Assembly (NCBI GenBank): GCA_047601445.1
Contig: JASGJH010000001.1
Span: 4,064,001 to 4,128,000, forward strand
Origin: Myxococcales bacterium
Lineage (GTDB): Bacteria > Myxococcota_A > Polyangia > Polyangiales > DASUME01
Direction of reading: 5' to 3'
DNA length: 64,000 nucleotides
Positions 39,187-48,758 of the stretch are shown here, piece after piece. The notes under the pieces were generated by a model. That model did not search any database. It worked only from the letters and a program-made list of their open reading frames with translations, and was not told where the DNA came from. Made by a program: the position numbers and the translations under genes. Every line of letters begins with the position of its first letter. Position 1 is the stretch's first letter.

Positions 39187-40455
39187 TCATGGCGCACTGG
39201 CTTCCGCGGCTAGCGCTGGCGCCGCTTCGTTGAGACGGGACACCCGCCGCTGGAGGCTCGCCATCAAGTCCGTGCATTGCTCTTGATCGACCGCCTCGAC
39301 TACTGCAACGCCAATGCAGGTGGTCGAGCTCTCACGCATGTCGGCCATCGTCTGGCCCACCGGCACGGTCAGCGTGGCCTCCACGACGCCAGGAAGAGCG
39401 CGGATGTCCTCGCATCCAACACGATTGATCCGACCGGCCGACGCGGGGAGAGTCGTTACTCCGAAGACCTTATTCGGCTCACACGGTCGCCGCGGGATCG
39501 CGTCGCCCGTGATCGAGAGCGCTCCGGCCGCCCATAGGTCGACCCCGACCGCGCGCTCAATCATGCTCGAGATGTTGTTGCCAGCTACCCGCGCGGCCAG
39601 CTCGCCCGCAACGAAATCGAACGTACCCGGTCGAGCGAAGACCTCGAAGTGAAACACCCCGGTGACGTGCCCCAAGGCGTCGAGGGCCCGTTGGGTGAAC
39701 GTGCCCGCGGCTTGGTAGAGCTGCGGATGGCGGGACGGCGGGAAGGAAATGCTGGCGTGCTGTTTGCCGTTCTTGATCTCGAGGATAGGGGTCACGTACC
39801 TGGACGCATGGAACGTGTGCAGCTGGCCTTGCAGTACGACCCCGTCGAAGTGCCACTCATCGCCGGCGACAAACTCCTCGACCATCAGCCGGCGCAAATT
39901 CGGGTAATTCGCCACCGTGGTAGATACCGCGCTGACGAGCGCTTCGTCGTCCGATACGAACTGCACGTGACGCGTACCGTACCCGGCGACCGGCTTCAGC
40001 ACGAAGGGAGGACGCAGACCGGCGGTTCGTACCGACGCGAGCACAATGTCGGGGCTGGCACATGCATCGGGCACCACGACGAATCTGGCGGTGGGTATCC
40101 CAGCCTCGTGCCATGCGGCTTTTTGCACCGGCTTGTCGCGACAACGCAGAGCTACCTCGGGGTCGAGCCCACGGATGCCCAGGAGTCGTGCCAGGATGGC
40201 GCTCGAAACGACCCCCGTCTCGCAATTCGAGACCACGGCCCCGATCGGACGTGCGAGCGCACCCACCTGATGCAGCGCCGACCATAGGGACTCGACAGAG
40301 GTAAGCGTGTCGATGGCGCAAAAGTGACGGGCCCGTGGGCGCAGCGCCGAAACCCAGGGCTCTTGCCAGGCTTCGTACAGAAGGGTCACCTCGTGACCGG
40401 CCTCGACGAGGGCATCGAACGCTTCCCGTTTTGCTCTCACCAGCACTACGTGCAT
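39187..40455 (-). CDS. ATP-grasp enzyme (L-amino acid ligase/carboxylate-amine ligase-like); C-terminal part of ORF 39187..42522
   Basis: RCRDKPVQK, PFVLKPVAGYGT, MVEEFVAGDEWHFDG, GVFHFEVF, GELAARVAG. Own in-frame ATG at 40455 preceded by AAGGAG. Confidence 0.85.
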   Translation of the reverse strand: MHVVLVRAKREAFDALVEAGHEVTLLYEAWQEPWVSALRPRARHFCAIDTLTSVESLWSALHQVGALARPIGAVVSNCETGVVSSAILARLLGIRGLDPEVALRCRDKPVQKAAWHEAGIPTARFVVVPDACASPDIVLASVRTAGLRPPFVLKPVAGYGTRHVQFVSDDEALVSAVSTTVANYPNLRRLMVEEFVAGDEWHFDGVVLQGQLHTFHASRYVTPILEIKNGKQHASISFPPSRHPQLYQAAGTFTQRALDALGHVTGVFHFEVFARPGTFDFVAGELAARVAGNNISSMIERAVGVDLWAAGALSITGDAIPRRPCEPNKVFGVTTLPASAGRINRVGCEDIRALPGVVEATLTVPVGQTMADMRESSTTCIGVAVVEAVDQEQCTDLMASLQRRVSRLNEAAPALAAEASAP

Positions 40456-42522
40456 CGCTCTGCTCTCCTTCCGGTAGGCAGCTCTACTCTTCGATGTTTG
40501 GCGATTTGGAGCGGGCTCCGAGCGTGTCCCATGGGCAACAGAGGGAGCCCAATCACAACCTCTCCCGCATTTGAGCGAAGGCGGATTCGAAGCGTTCACG
40601 AGGTCGGATCCAATCGGCACTCGGGCGGTGAAGCCCTTCTCCAGGCGCTCGCATCTTACGTGAGTTGCTCTCGTCGTAGACGAGCCGGGTCGTCCAACGC
40701 TGACCGCGAGCTCCCCGCCCCGTTCCAGTGACAATCTTTGGCCGAAGGCCGACACCCCGGAGAACTCGTGAGGGACAGCCACATCGATCGCGTAGCCTTG
40801 GCCCGGCTCAAATAGATACCGGATGCGGAGACCCGATGAGCGGTCGTCCCAGGAACGGAGCACGCACAGCTCGGCCGAGTCCTCAAAGTGTCGGCGATTG
40901 GAGGCGATCAAGCCCTCGATTCGGTCGGAGATCAGCGCGCGATCCCCCGACTCGGCGTACTGGCGGAGCAGCGGAACGTGCCGTCGCAACAGCTGCGGGA
41001 GATACAACTCGGGTCGCTTCTCGTTGCGGATGACAGCCAGTCGAAAGGTCAGCTCCTGAAGCTCAGCGCGCTCGATTTCAGAGTTCGTCGCCCGCGCATC
41101 GAGCTCCTCGCGATACCGAGCGTACGCATCGATCAAGTCCCGAATCCGCTCGTCCTGAGCGCCTCCGAGCAGAACCTGGTTCAGCGCTTCTCGTCCTCTG
41201 GGCCACAGGCGAGCCAGCAAGCAGAGGATGCCACCGAGATCGTAGGTCCCCGTCCAGCGCGGCATGCGCCTCTCGATGAGAATCGGGGATGTGCCATCGA
41301 AAGCAACCTGATGAAGGTGCAAACCAAGCTGACCGTAGAACTTGCTCGGAGTGCACCGGGCCAGCCAGAATTGGGGAAACCCGCACAAGCGCAGGAGGCC
41401 TCGGATGACAGCCTGGGCATACTTTCGCTTCACCCGTTGCTCGAGCTCCTCGCGCTCGGGGATGGCAGCAGCGAGTCGAGGCGACAGCCCGAGGGCGGTG
41501 CAGTGCGCAAGATTTCTCAGCATGTCGCTGAGATTGGCAGGCGAGTCGGAACGGAACGGCGAGCCGCGCACCGCAATGGTGGAACCATGGTTTGGTTGAG
41601 TCGATTGCGTCTCGAAGTCGAGCAGTCGCCCACTGGTCTCGACATTCGACGACGACAGCGCTCCGTGGGGTGCCCGCCGCACGAGTAGCGCAGCTTGCTG
41701 TTCGGCAAGGCGATCGGCGAACTGCAGGAACCCCTCGCGTAGCGCCTCCTCGCAGGAGGCGGGCTCCGGAGTGTTCCGCGGCAAGGCGGCCATGATGCAT
41801 TGCTGCAGGGACCGGAGACTATCGGCGTCCTGACGAGAATAGGGGTTGAGCATGAAATGCGCCGGGCGCACCGGGAAAGGGCGTAGGAGCAGCGCGCGGC
41901 GCTTGCTGCGGCCATCCGGCAAGAGCATTGATGTCCCACAGTCCAGAATGGCGAGCACGCGGTTGGCGCCATGCGGCGCTTCGGCCTGGTTGAGCTCACC
42001 CCAGACTGCCTCGCGCATGGCATCTCCCAAGAACAGACCTCCATGCCGATGATCGTGCGGACTTCCGTGGTCGGCCAGCGACGTCGTCCCGATGCCTTTG
42101 ATCTGCAGCGATCCGAGCGCGGCTGCGCGGCCGCTCCCACGGTTGGCCCCGATGCCCTCACCACCGTATCGATCGGCATAAAAAGCCCGGGCTTCACCGA
42201 TGAACATGCCAGGCTCATCCTGGTCGTCCGGGATCCGATACGCGAAAGCTTCGAGGAATATGTGCTCGAGCTCAGGTGTGATGCCGTCGCTAGGCAACCC
42301 GAGCTCGAGGTCGCGCAACAGAGACCAGTTCACCCACAGCAGCCTCGCGTCGCGCATTCTTCGGGCGAGCACCGGCACGAACGCCTCCGGTGGTGGTGCC
42401 ACCGGCGCGTTGTCCATGAGCCGAGCGAGCCCGGCTCGGAGCCTGTCGTAGGGGGAAACGGACACGCCAATAGAGGCATGAAGCGATGTTGCGTCGCGAG
42501 CAATCCTCATCACCCCGCACAA
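40456..42522 (-). CDS. SelO/YdiU-like (MchC-like) nucleotidyltransferase-fold domain, in frame with the downstream ATP-grasp
   Basis: LLWVN, ADRYGGEGIGANRGSGRA, LQIKGIGTT, REAVWGE, HGALSSSN...LLDFET parallel the SelO motifs (GDGRA, QLKGAG, RE, HGxxNxDN, D). Start may be 42417. Confidence 0.7.
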
Positions 42523-42554
42523 CAGTACCGACGCGAACCTTCAGGCGGCTCTGC

Positions 42555-43514
42555 TCACCCGGTTGCAAAGCGATCGAGCGCGCTCATCAGGGCCAATCGC
42601 TTGCTGTTGCTGCGCAGGTGCCCGGCGTCGTCCACCGCGATGAGCTCCGCCCCCGCCCATGCTCGCGCAAGGGCCCAGGCGGTGTCGATTGGACAACTCA
42701 TGTCTCGTCTTCCGTGGATCACCACCCCGGGGATTCCATCGAGCCGCGCCGCGTTCTGGATCAGAGCGCCTTCTTCCAACCAACCGCCATGCCGAAGGTA
42801 GTGGGTACAAATGCGCACGAAGGCCAGCATGTCCTCGACCGGCATCTCAGAGCTCGAGGCCGCGCCGGCACCAGTCTCGAGTGAGAGCACCGCGTCCTCC
42901 CATTTGCACCACCCCCTGGCGGCCGCCACCCTGACGGCCTCCTCAGGGTGATCCATGCGCTGGGCGTAAGCCTCGATCAGGTCCGCCCCACGCGCGGTGT
43001 TGGGTAAGGGACCTCGGAATTGTTCCCATGCTTCCGGGAAGAAACGAGCAGCCCCTGCGTACAGCCACTCGGCCTCACGACGAGTCCACGTAGTCACATT
43101 GCTGAGCACGAGCTCAGAAACCGACTCGCGATGGCGATGCGCATAGGCCAGCGCGAGCGCGACACCCCACGAGGCGCCGGAGACCAACCAACGCTCGATG
43201 CCGAGGTGACGCCGGAGGGATTCCATGTCCGCGATGAGGTGATCCGTCGTGTTGCATGACATGTCCGTGGCGAGGTCACTGGCGGAGGGGATCGACCTTC
43301 CGCAGCCCCGTTGGTCGAACAGAACCACCCTATACTGCTCCGGGTCGAACGCGCGCGCCATGTTGGGAGCGCAGCCTTGCCCGGGACCGCCGTGCAGCAC
43401 CACAGCGGGCTTTCCGTGGGGTACGCCGAAGACCTGCCACGCGATGCGGTTTTCGGAGCTGACCTCCAGGTGTCCTTCTTGGATGGGTCCTCGCAGCGGA
43501 TACAAGTCGACCAT
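42555..43514 (-). CDS. pip: Proline iminopeptidase (peptidase S33)
   Basis: VVLHGGPG, FDQRGCGRS, nucleophile GASWG, HGRRD, DAGH. Confidence 0.88.
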   Translation of the reverse strand: MVDLYPLRGPIQEGHLEVSSENRIAWQVFGVPHGKPAVVLHGGPGQGCAPNMARAFDPEQYRVVLFDQRGCGRSIPSASDLATDMSCNTTDHLIADMESLRRHLGIERWLVSGASWGVALALAYAHRHRESVSELVLSNVTTWTRREAEWLYAGAARFFPEAWEQFRGPLPNTARGADLIEAYAQRMDHPEEAVRVAAARGWCKWEDAVLSLETGAGAASSSEMPVEDMLAFVRICTHYLRHGGWLEEGALIQNAARLDGIPGVVIHGRRDMSCPIDTAWALARAWAGAELIAVDDAGHLRSNSKRLALMSALDRFATG

Positions 43515-43571
43515 GGAGACCTCGCATTCGTTGACACCGGATTTTCGCCAAACGCAACCGACCCCGACCGT

Positions 43572-44615
43572 CTACCCTGAAGACGGGCCCGTGTCTCGTG
43601 GAGGAACGGCCTGCGCGACGAGCACGTGAACGCCGGAGCGGGTGGTCAACACTCGCTCGATCACGAAGCCGGCTGCAACGAGCAAGGCGCGGTTCTCGTC
43701 GAGCGTGCGATCCCGAGCCCCGAACAACACGAGCATCGTCAGGTCTCGAATCGACGATGGAAGTCCGCCCTCGCGCTCCAGGTCGAGCGAGCGCTCGATG
43801 AGCAAGAGGCGCCCACCTCCCGTGATGGCGCGCCGCACGTTGCCAAGGATTTGCAAGGCCTCTTCGTCGCGCCAGTTGTGAATCACTGCCTTGAGCAAAT
43901 AGAGTTCTGCTCCAGCAGGAACCTCCCGCAACAGGTCGCCGGCGAGCGCTGTGCCTCGCCCGCTCACTCCTCGCTCCTGAAGAGTATGCCTGACTTGTTC
44001 GACCACGGCCGCCTGCTCGACCGCGATTCCTTGCAACTCCGGGTGTCCCTTCAGTACCTCGGCGAGCAGGGTTCCGTCACCCGCTCCCAGGTCGACGACC
44101 AGGCCTCGCTCGGGGAACTCGTACAGGGCTTCGAACTCGTTCCAGAAATGGGAGCTGTTGAAGCGCATCGTGCGCGCGAAGGAACGCGCCAGCTCGGGGG
44201 TTTCGCTCATGTAGGTCCACAGCCCCCGCCCATGCACGTGCTCGAAAGCCGAGCGACCGGTACGCAACGCGTAGCTCAAGCAGGCCCAGGCGTCGTAGTA
44301 TTCGGTTCCAGACATTCGAGCGTGACCATGAAGCAGACCCGCCTCGTGGTGCAGCAGCTTGCAGAGCGCGGTACCGTGAACCAGACCGTCGACGCGCTGT
44401 ACGAGCTCGAGTCCCTCAAGCGCATCCAAGTACCTGCGCAGTTCGTTCGTGCCGATACCGGTCAGCTCCGCGAGAGTGCGTTCGGTCTGCGGCCCCTCGG
44501 CCAGAAAGTCCGGGATGCGGAGCGTCACCGCCGAGGCCACGAGCTGCGTAACGATGTACCCACCCAACAGCTTCCCGAGCCGCTCGCCTTCCGGCCTGGC
44601 TTCGTTCTGGAGCAT
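43572..44615 (-). CDS. SAM-dependent methyltransferase (O-MT family 2 with dimerisation domain)
   Basis: VVDLGAGDG, GDLLREVP, YLLKAVIHNWRDE, DLTMLVLFGARDRT. RBS GAGGAGG before ATG 44615. Confidence 0.92.
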   Translation of the reverse strand: MLQNEARPEGERLGKLLGGYIVTQLVASAVTLRIPDFLAEGPQTERTLAELTGIGTNELRRYLDALEGLELVQRVDGLVHGTALCKLLHHEAGLLHGHARMSGTEYYDAWACLSYALRTGRSAFEHVHGRGLWTYMSETPELARSFARTMRFNSSHFWNEFEALYEFPERGLVVDLGAGDGTLLAEVLKGHPELQGIAVEQAAVVEQVRHTLQERGVSGRGTALAGDLLREVPAGAELYLLKAVIHNWRDEEALQILGNVRRAITGGGRLLLIERSLDLEREGGLPSSIRDLTMLVLFGARDRTLDENRALLVAAGFVIERVLTTRSGVHVLVAQAVPPRDTGPSSG

Positions 44616-44781
44616 TCGGAACCTCCTCAACTGCTTGCCTCAAGTCGTACTCGAGTGCGAGGCCCATGGCGACGAGGTTAACCCCGCGTGGCGCAAGATG
44701 ACGGCGGTCCAGCCCGCCCAACCGCCGATGGTCCCTATCCGCCATAGCGATGGCGTTCAAGCGCCCCGCCAACGCCCCATG

Positions 44782-44818
44782 AGACAAGCCAGAGTGCGTG
44801 CTTCGACCACCGCGTGTG
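44782..44818 (+). repeat. Right copy of 37-bp direct repeat bounding the biosynthetic island
   Basis: agacaagccagagtgcgtgcttcgaccaccgcgtgtg. Confidence 0.85.
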
Positions 44819-44855
44819 GGGAAGACGCTTGGCTTCTCTTGCAACGAGGTTGGTG

Positions 44856-45839
44856 ATGAGCGAGCACTTGCTTGGTGCGGCCGCGGCGTGCGGCTGTTTG
44901 GTAATGTGGAATCTGCTGGGTGGCTGCGGATCGGAAGACAGCACGTCTGCACGGAGCGCGGACACGCCGAGCGCGCAGGATGCGGGTGAAGGCGACGACT
45001 CTTCCACGGAGCAAGACGGTGATGAACCGTGGGACGACGCAGACGCATCGAGCGAGGAGCCCGGCCCCGATGCCTCGGACAAGGGCTCGCAACCCCCGCA
45101 AGACTCCGCCCTGTGCCACCTGGCTGGCGAGCAGGTGGCGGTGCTGGGGGACTCCTACGTCGCGCTGGATCCCACCTACGTGAAGTTCGACACCCATCCT
45201 TTCACGCGCAATCTGGAGGCGCTGGCGCGCAGCGCGGGAGCGCTCGGCGAGAGCGAGCAATATCGCCGCCTCGCCGTGAGTGGCGCCTCGATGAACGGGT
45301 TTCCCAATGTTCCTGCGCAGCTCGACGGCGCACTCGAGAGCGATCCGGACCTGAAGCTGATCATCATGGACGGCGGAGGCAACGATGTGCTGGTGAACAA
45401 CCGCCAGTGCCTGGAGCACGCCACGGCCGACGAGCTCCTACGGGACGAAAGTTGTGTGGGCACCGTGGATGATGTGCTCGCCGCAGCTCAAGGAATGTTC
45501 GACAAGGCCAGCGCCGCGGGAGTGGAATCCGTGGTCTATTTCTTCTATCCGCATCTGCCTGGCTACGCGTCCGGCTATCTCAACCTCGCCGGTACCTATC
45601 CGAACGTCATGTTGGACTACGCGTATCCACGCATGCAGGCCTTCTGCACGGGACAGCACGCCTTGCCTTGCACCTTCGTGGACATGCGGCCCGTGTTCGA
45701 CACGGACGGCGACGGCGCGCCCGATCCCGGCATGATCAACGTGGATGGCATCCATCCGACCGAGGCGAGCTCCAAGCTGCTGGCCGCGGAGGTCTGGAAG
45801 GTCATGCGGCGGGAGTGCCTTGCCGTGGAGCGCCCGTGA
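44856..45839 (+). CDS. SGNH/GDSL hydrolase lipoprotein
   Basis: LLGGC lipobox, block I LGDSY, block III DGGGND, block V DGIHP. Confidence 0.88.
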   Translation: MSEHLLGAAAACGCLVMWNLLGGCGSEDSTSARSADTPSAQDAGEGDDSSTEQDGDEPWDDADASSEEPGPDASDKGSQPPQDSALCHLAGEQVAVLGDSYVALDPTYVKFDTHPFTRNLEALARSAGALGESEQYRRLAVSGASMNGFPNVPAQLDGALESDPDLKLIIMDGGGNDVLVNNRQCLEHATADELLRDESCVGTVDDVLAAAQGMFDKASAAGVESVVYFFYPHLPGYASGYLNLAGTYPNVMLDYAYPRMQAFCTGQHALPCTFVDMRPVFDTDGDGAPDPGMINVDGIHPTEASSKLLAAEVWKVMRRECLAVERP

Positions 45840-46185
45840 TGCTCGGAGCGTTCACGCAGCGCTCGACCTCGGCTGCCATCTGCCCGCGCAGAGCTAGGCG
45901 CAGCATCTTGAAGTCGGCCATGAACGAGTACAGCGCGTGGCCGAAGGTCGCGGGCCGATTGCCCTCCACCAAGAAGTGCCCCAGCCAGGCAGCACCGTAG
46001 CCGACCGCGGGTGCCGCCAGGAGCCACATCGGCTGCAGCGCGAGCGCGCCCGCAGCGACACAACCTAGCGCGCAGAAGGTACCCAGGTAGTGCAGGGCGC
46101 GCGTGAGCGGCTTTTGGTGGGCGCGCACGTAGTACGGCCAGAACGCTTCGAATGAGGTGATTTGGAGACCTGTCATGGCCCTCAC
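45802..46185 (-). CDS. DUF962/Mpo1-like membrane protein
   Basis: FEAFWPYYVRAH...RALHYLGT...AWLGHFLVEGNRPATF. Confidence 0.88.
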   Translation of the reverse strand: MRAMTGLQITSFEAFWPYYVRAHQKPLTRALHYLGTFCALGCVAAGALALQPMWLLAAPAVGYGAAWLGHFLVEGNRPATFGHALYSFMADFKMLRLALRGQMAAEVERCVNAPSITGAPRQGTPAA

Positions 46186-46236
46186 GCTGCCACATTCAGT
46201 CGCGTCCGCTTGAACGCTAGCGCTGCGGAAAGCCGC

Positions 46237-47148
46237 TCAGGCTGGGGTGGCTTGCTGGCGCACGTGGCGCACCATGGCCTCGAGTCGATCGCGGTCCTGA
46301 TGGGCGTGGGGTCCCCTCAGGGGCTGCGTCGGAAGCTCCAATGAAAGGCGCAAGCTAGGCGAGCGCAGATAGCGCGAAGGCGGCAGGCCGAACATGCCGC
46401 GAAAGACGCGCGTGAGATGCGCAGAGTCGGCAAAGCCCGCGTCGTGAGCCGCGTCCGTCAAATCGTTCCCGAACGCCACGCTGTACACCACCTGGCGCAC
46501 GCGCAGCCATGCCATGTAGCGCCCCAGGGGAACGCCCATCTGCTCCACGAACAGGTGTCCGAGCCGACTCTCCGAGAGCCTGGCGAGCTCGGCCAGCTCG
46601 GCGGCGACGGGGGCCTGCGGAGCGCTGCGCTTCAATGCGTCGAGCACACGCAGGACACGCGCGTCGAGTCGACGCTCGGCGGGACCTGGTGCGCCCAAGA
46701 TCTCCAGTGCCACCTGCCAGACGCCCATGCCCGGGGACAGCCGTGCCAGCGCCGCGAGAACGCCTTCGCGCACAGCTCCGACGTGGGGCTTTTCGAGCAA
46801 GGTCACACGGGGCTGCTCGGTCGGCCACAGGCGCGCGGCCAAACGCGCATACTCCGCGCTCTCGGGATCGATCTGAAGGCTCAACACCAGTCCATTGCCG
46901 GACAGCGCGAGCGGCGTGTTGGGCGGCACGATCACGGCGCATGCCTCTTGCCAGGCCGCGTCCGCGCGATGTCTGAAGCGAAGGCTCCCACTCAACGCCA
47001 GCGTGGCGGAGGCCGTGAAGTGCGTGTGCAAGCCGGTCGTGAGGCCCTCACACAGGAGCGCGCTGCCACCCGGGTGGATGAAGAGTCGGCCGTGGGGGGC
47101 GCGATCACCGGGCAATGCAGAACCTCCGAGAGCTCGAAGGTGCCACAA
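46237..47148 (-). CDS. AraC-family transcriptional regulator
   Basis: LSESRLGHLF, LTDAAHDAGFADSAHLTRVFRGMFGLPPS. Confidence 0.9.
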   Translation of the reverse strand: MWHLRALGGSALPGDRAPHGRLFIHPGGSALLCEGLTTGLHTHFTASATLALSGSLRFRHRADAAWQEACAVIVPPNTPLALSGNGLVLSLQIDPESAEYARLAARLWPTEQPRVTLLEKPHVGAVREGVLAALARLSPGMGVWQVALEILGAPGPAERRLDARVLRVLDALKRSAPQAPVAAELAELARLSESRLGHLFVEQMGVPLGRYMAWLRVRQVVYSVAFGNDLTDAAHDAGFADSAHLTRVFRGMFGLPPSRYLRSPSLRLSLELPTQPLRGPHAHQDRDRLEAMVRHVRQQATPA

Positions 47149-47487
47149 CGTTTTTGGCTTTGGGGATACGCCGAGTTGGCTGCTGCGGCGTGTCGGCTGT
47201 GAGCAGTCTCCCGCGGATGCGGGTTCAGCTCGTCACCCACAAACAATGGTTAGACCAGTGCTTGCGCGCGCCCTCATGCGCAGCGCCGGTGTTCTTTTGA
47301 AGCTTGCGTGTTAAACGCGGTCTCTGGCGTCACTCCGGAGGCCGCGACAGCAAATTATCCGGCGAAGTCACGTTCCTCGCTCCCCCTAGTATCCGGCTTG
47401 TCGTGCGGGCCGCGTTTGCGCGCTGGCCCAGCGCAACAGGGGGAGGCGGAGCGAGCTGTGCCGCAAGAGGACTCCATTGGACATCAG

Positions 47488-48498
47488 ATGTCCTTGGCCT
47501 TTGCTCGGGGGTTGATCGAAGCCCTCGAAGCACTCGGCATCTCGCAGGCTGAGCTCTTGCGCGGAACCACGGTCTCCGAGGCCGCGCTCGCGGCCAAGGG
47601 TGGCACTCAGCCACTGCACCAGCTCGACGAGTTGGTGGAGCGAGCCCTCGCGCTCACGGCGGACCCTGCCCTCGGCCTTCGCTGGTGGGATCGCGCGACC
47701 TTCGGTGCCTTTGGCGCGGTCGCCCATGCGCTCTCGGTGGCCGAGAACTACCGCGCAGCGCTGGAGTTGATGGCGCGCTACTGGCCGCTCTACTCCAACG
47801 TCGAGCTATTTACGCTGGGCGACGATTCCGAGGCGTGTCGCCTCCGCATGATCCGTCACTCCAAGTCGCAGCTGGCACACCGAACCTACATGGAGTCGGT
47901 CGCTTTCGTGTTGCGCCGCCTGTTGCGCCAGCATGCCGGCTTGTCCGCGGTGCCGCGTCGCATCAGCTTCGACTTTCCCGCCCCGGCGCACGCGCGTGTC
48001 TATGAAGAGGTGCTGGAATGTCCGGTATTGTTCGACGCGCAAGCCACGGAGGTCGTGGTCGACCACGTGCACGCGTTGCGGCCGCAGCCGAACTACCTGG
48101 TGGAGCTCGAGGCTCATCTCACGGCATTCGCGGACGAGTTGATGCAGCAGCGAGGCATGGACGCACTCGCCGGCCGCGTGCTCAAGCTTTTGCGGTCGAC
48201 CCCAGAAGGCCATCGCACCACGATGGAGGATGCTGCCTCGCAGCTGGGAATGAGCGCACGCACGCTGCGTCGACGTCTTCAACTCGAAGGGACGTCCTAC
48301 CCAGTCCTGCTGCAGCGCGTGCAACACGAGACGGCCGAAGCCATGCTGCTCAATCCGAGCCTCTCGGTGAAGGAGATCGCTTACGCTCTCGGCTTCGCCA
48401 ACTCGAGCGCATTTCATCGCGCGGTCCAGCGCTGGACGGGCAAATCCCCGACAGCTCTGCGCACTGCCCAGAGCGCGCTGCCCAAAGCAGGACGCTGA
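47488..48498 (+). CDS. AraC-family transcriptional regulator (OruR/VqsM-like)
   Basis: ADPALGLR, MSARTLRRRL, IAYALGFANSSAFHRAVQRWTGKSP. Start uncertain (47308-47488). Confidence 0.9.
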   Translation: MSLAFARGLIEALEALGISQAELLRGTTVSEAALAAKGGTQPLHQLDELVERALALTADPALGLRWWDRATFGAFGAVAHALSVAENYRAALELMARYWPLYSNVELFTLGDDSEACRLRMIRHSKSQLAHRTYMESVAFVLRRLLRQHAGLSAVPRRISFDFPAPAHARVYEEVLECPVLFDAQATEVVVDHVHALRPQPNYLVELEAHLTAFADELMQQRGMDALAGRVLKLLRSTPEGHRTTMEDAASQLGMSARTLRRRLQLEGTSYPVLLQRVQHETAEAMLLNPSLSVKEIAYALGFANSSAFHRAVQRWTGKSPTALRTAQSALPKAGR

Positions 48499-48545
48499 CA
48501 TCATCAGCGCCCTGCTTCCCGTGCCAGCCTCGTGCAGCAAGGCGC

Positions 48546-48602
48546 GCCCGTGCCCGCATTCGTGCCCCTGCCCGCATTCGTTCCCGCACTCGCTCCCGCT
48601 CC
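48546..48602 (+). repeat. Intergenic degenerate short tandem repeat
   Basis: gcccgtgcccgcattcgtgcccctgcccgcattcgttcccgcactcgctcccgctcc, roughly 6-bp periodicity. Confidence 0.6.
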
Positions 48603-48758
48603 ACCTCTCCGTCGACGGACAACACATACCCTTGCGCGGAACGTTCTTGTGCTGCCGCAACGAGGGCGGCTAAGTCCGGTTTTCTGCTGATTTCGGCGTG
48701 TGCGAATCGTCTTCGCAGATCGTGAGTTCGCGCGCGCCGACACCGGAGGGGGAACCGC

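Noticed and set aside
34868..44818. Calling the island a prophage, ICE or transposon
   Set aside because: No integrase, transposase, phage or conjugation gene and no tRNA target is visible; only the direct repeat.
48546..48602. Intergenic repeat as possible CRISPR or ncRNA
   Set aside because: Short degenerate hexamer-like array without unique spacers, and no cas genes nearby.
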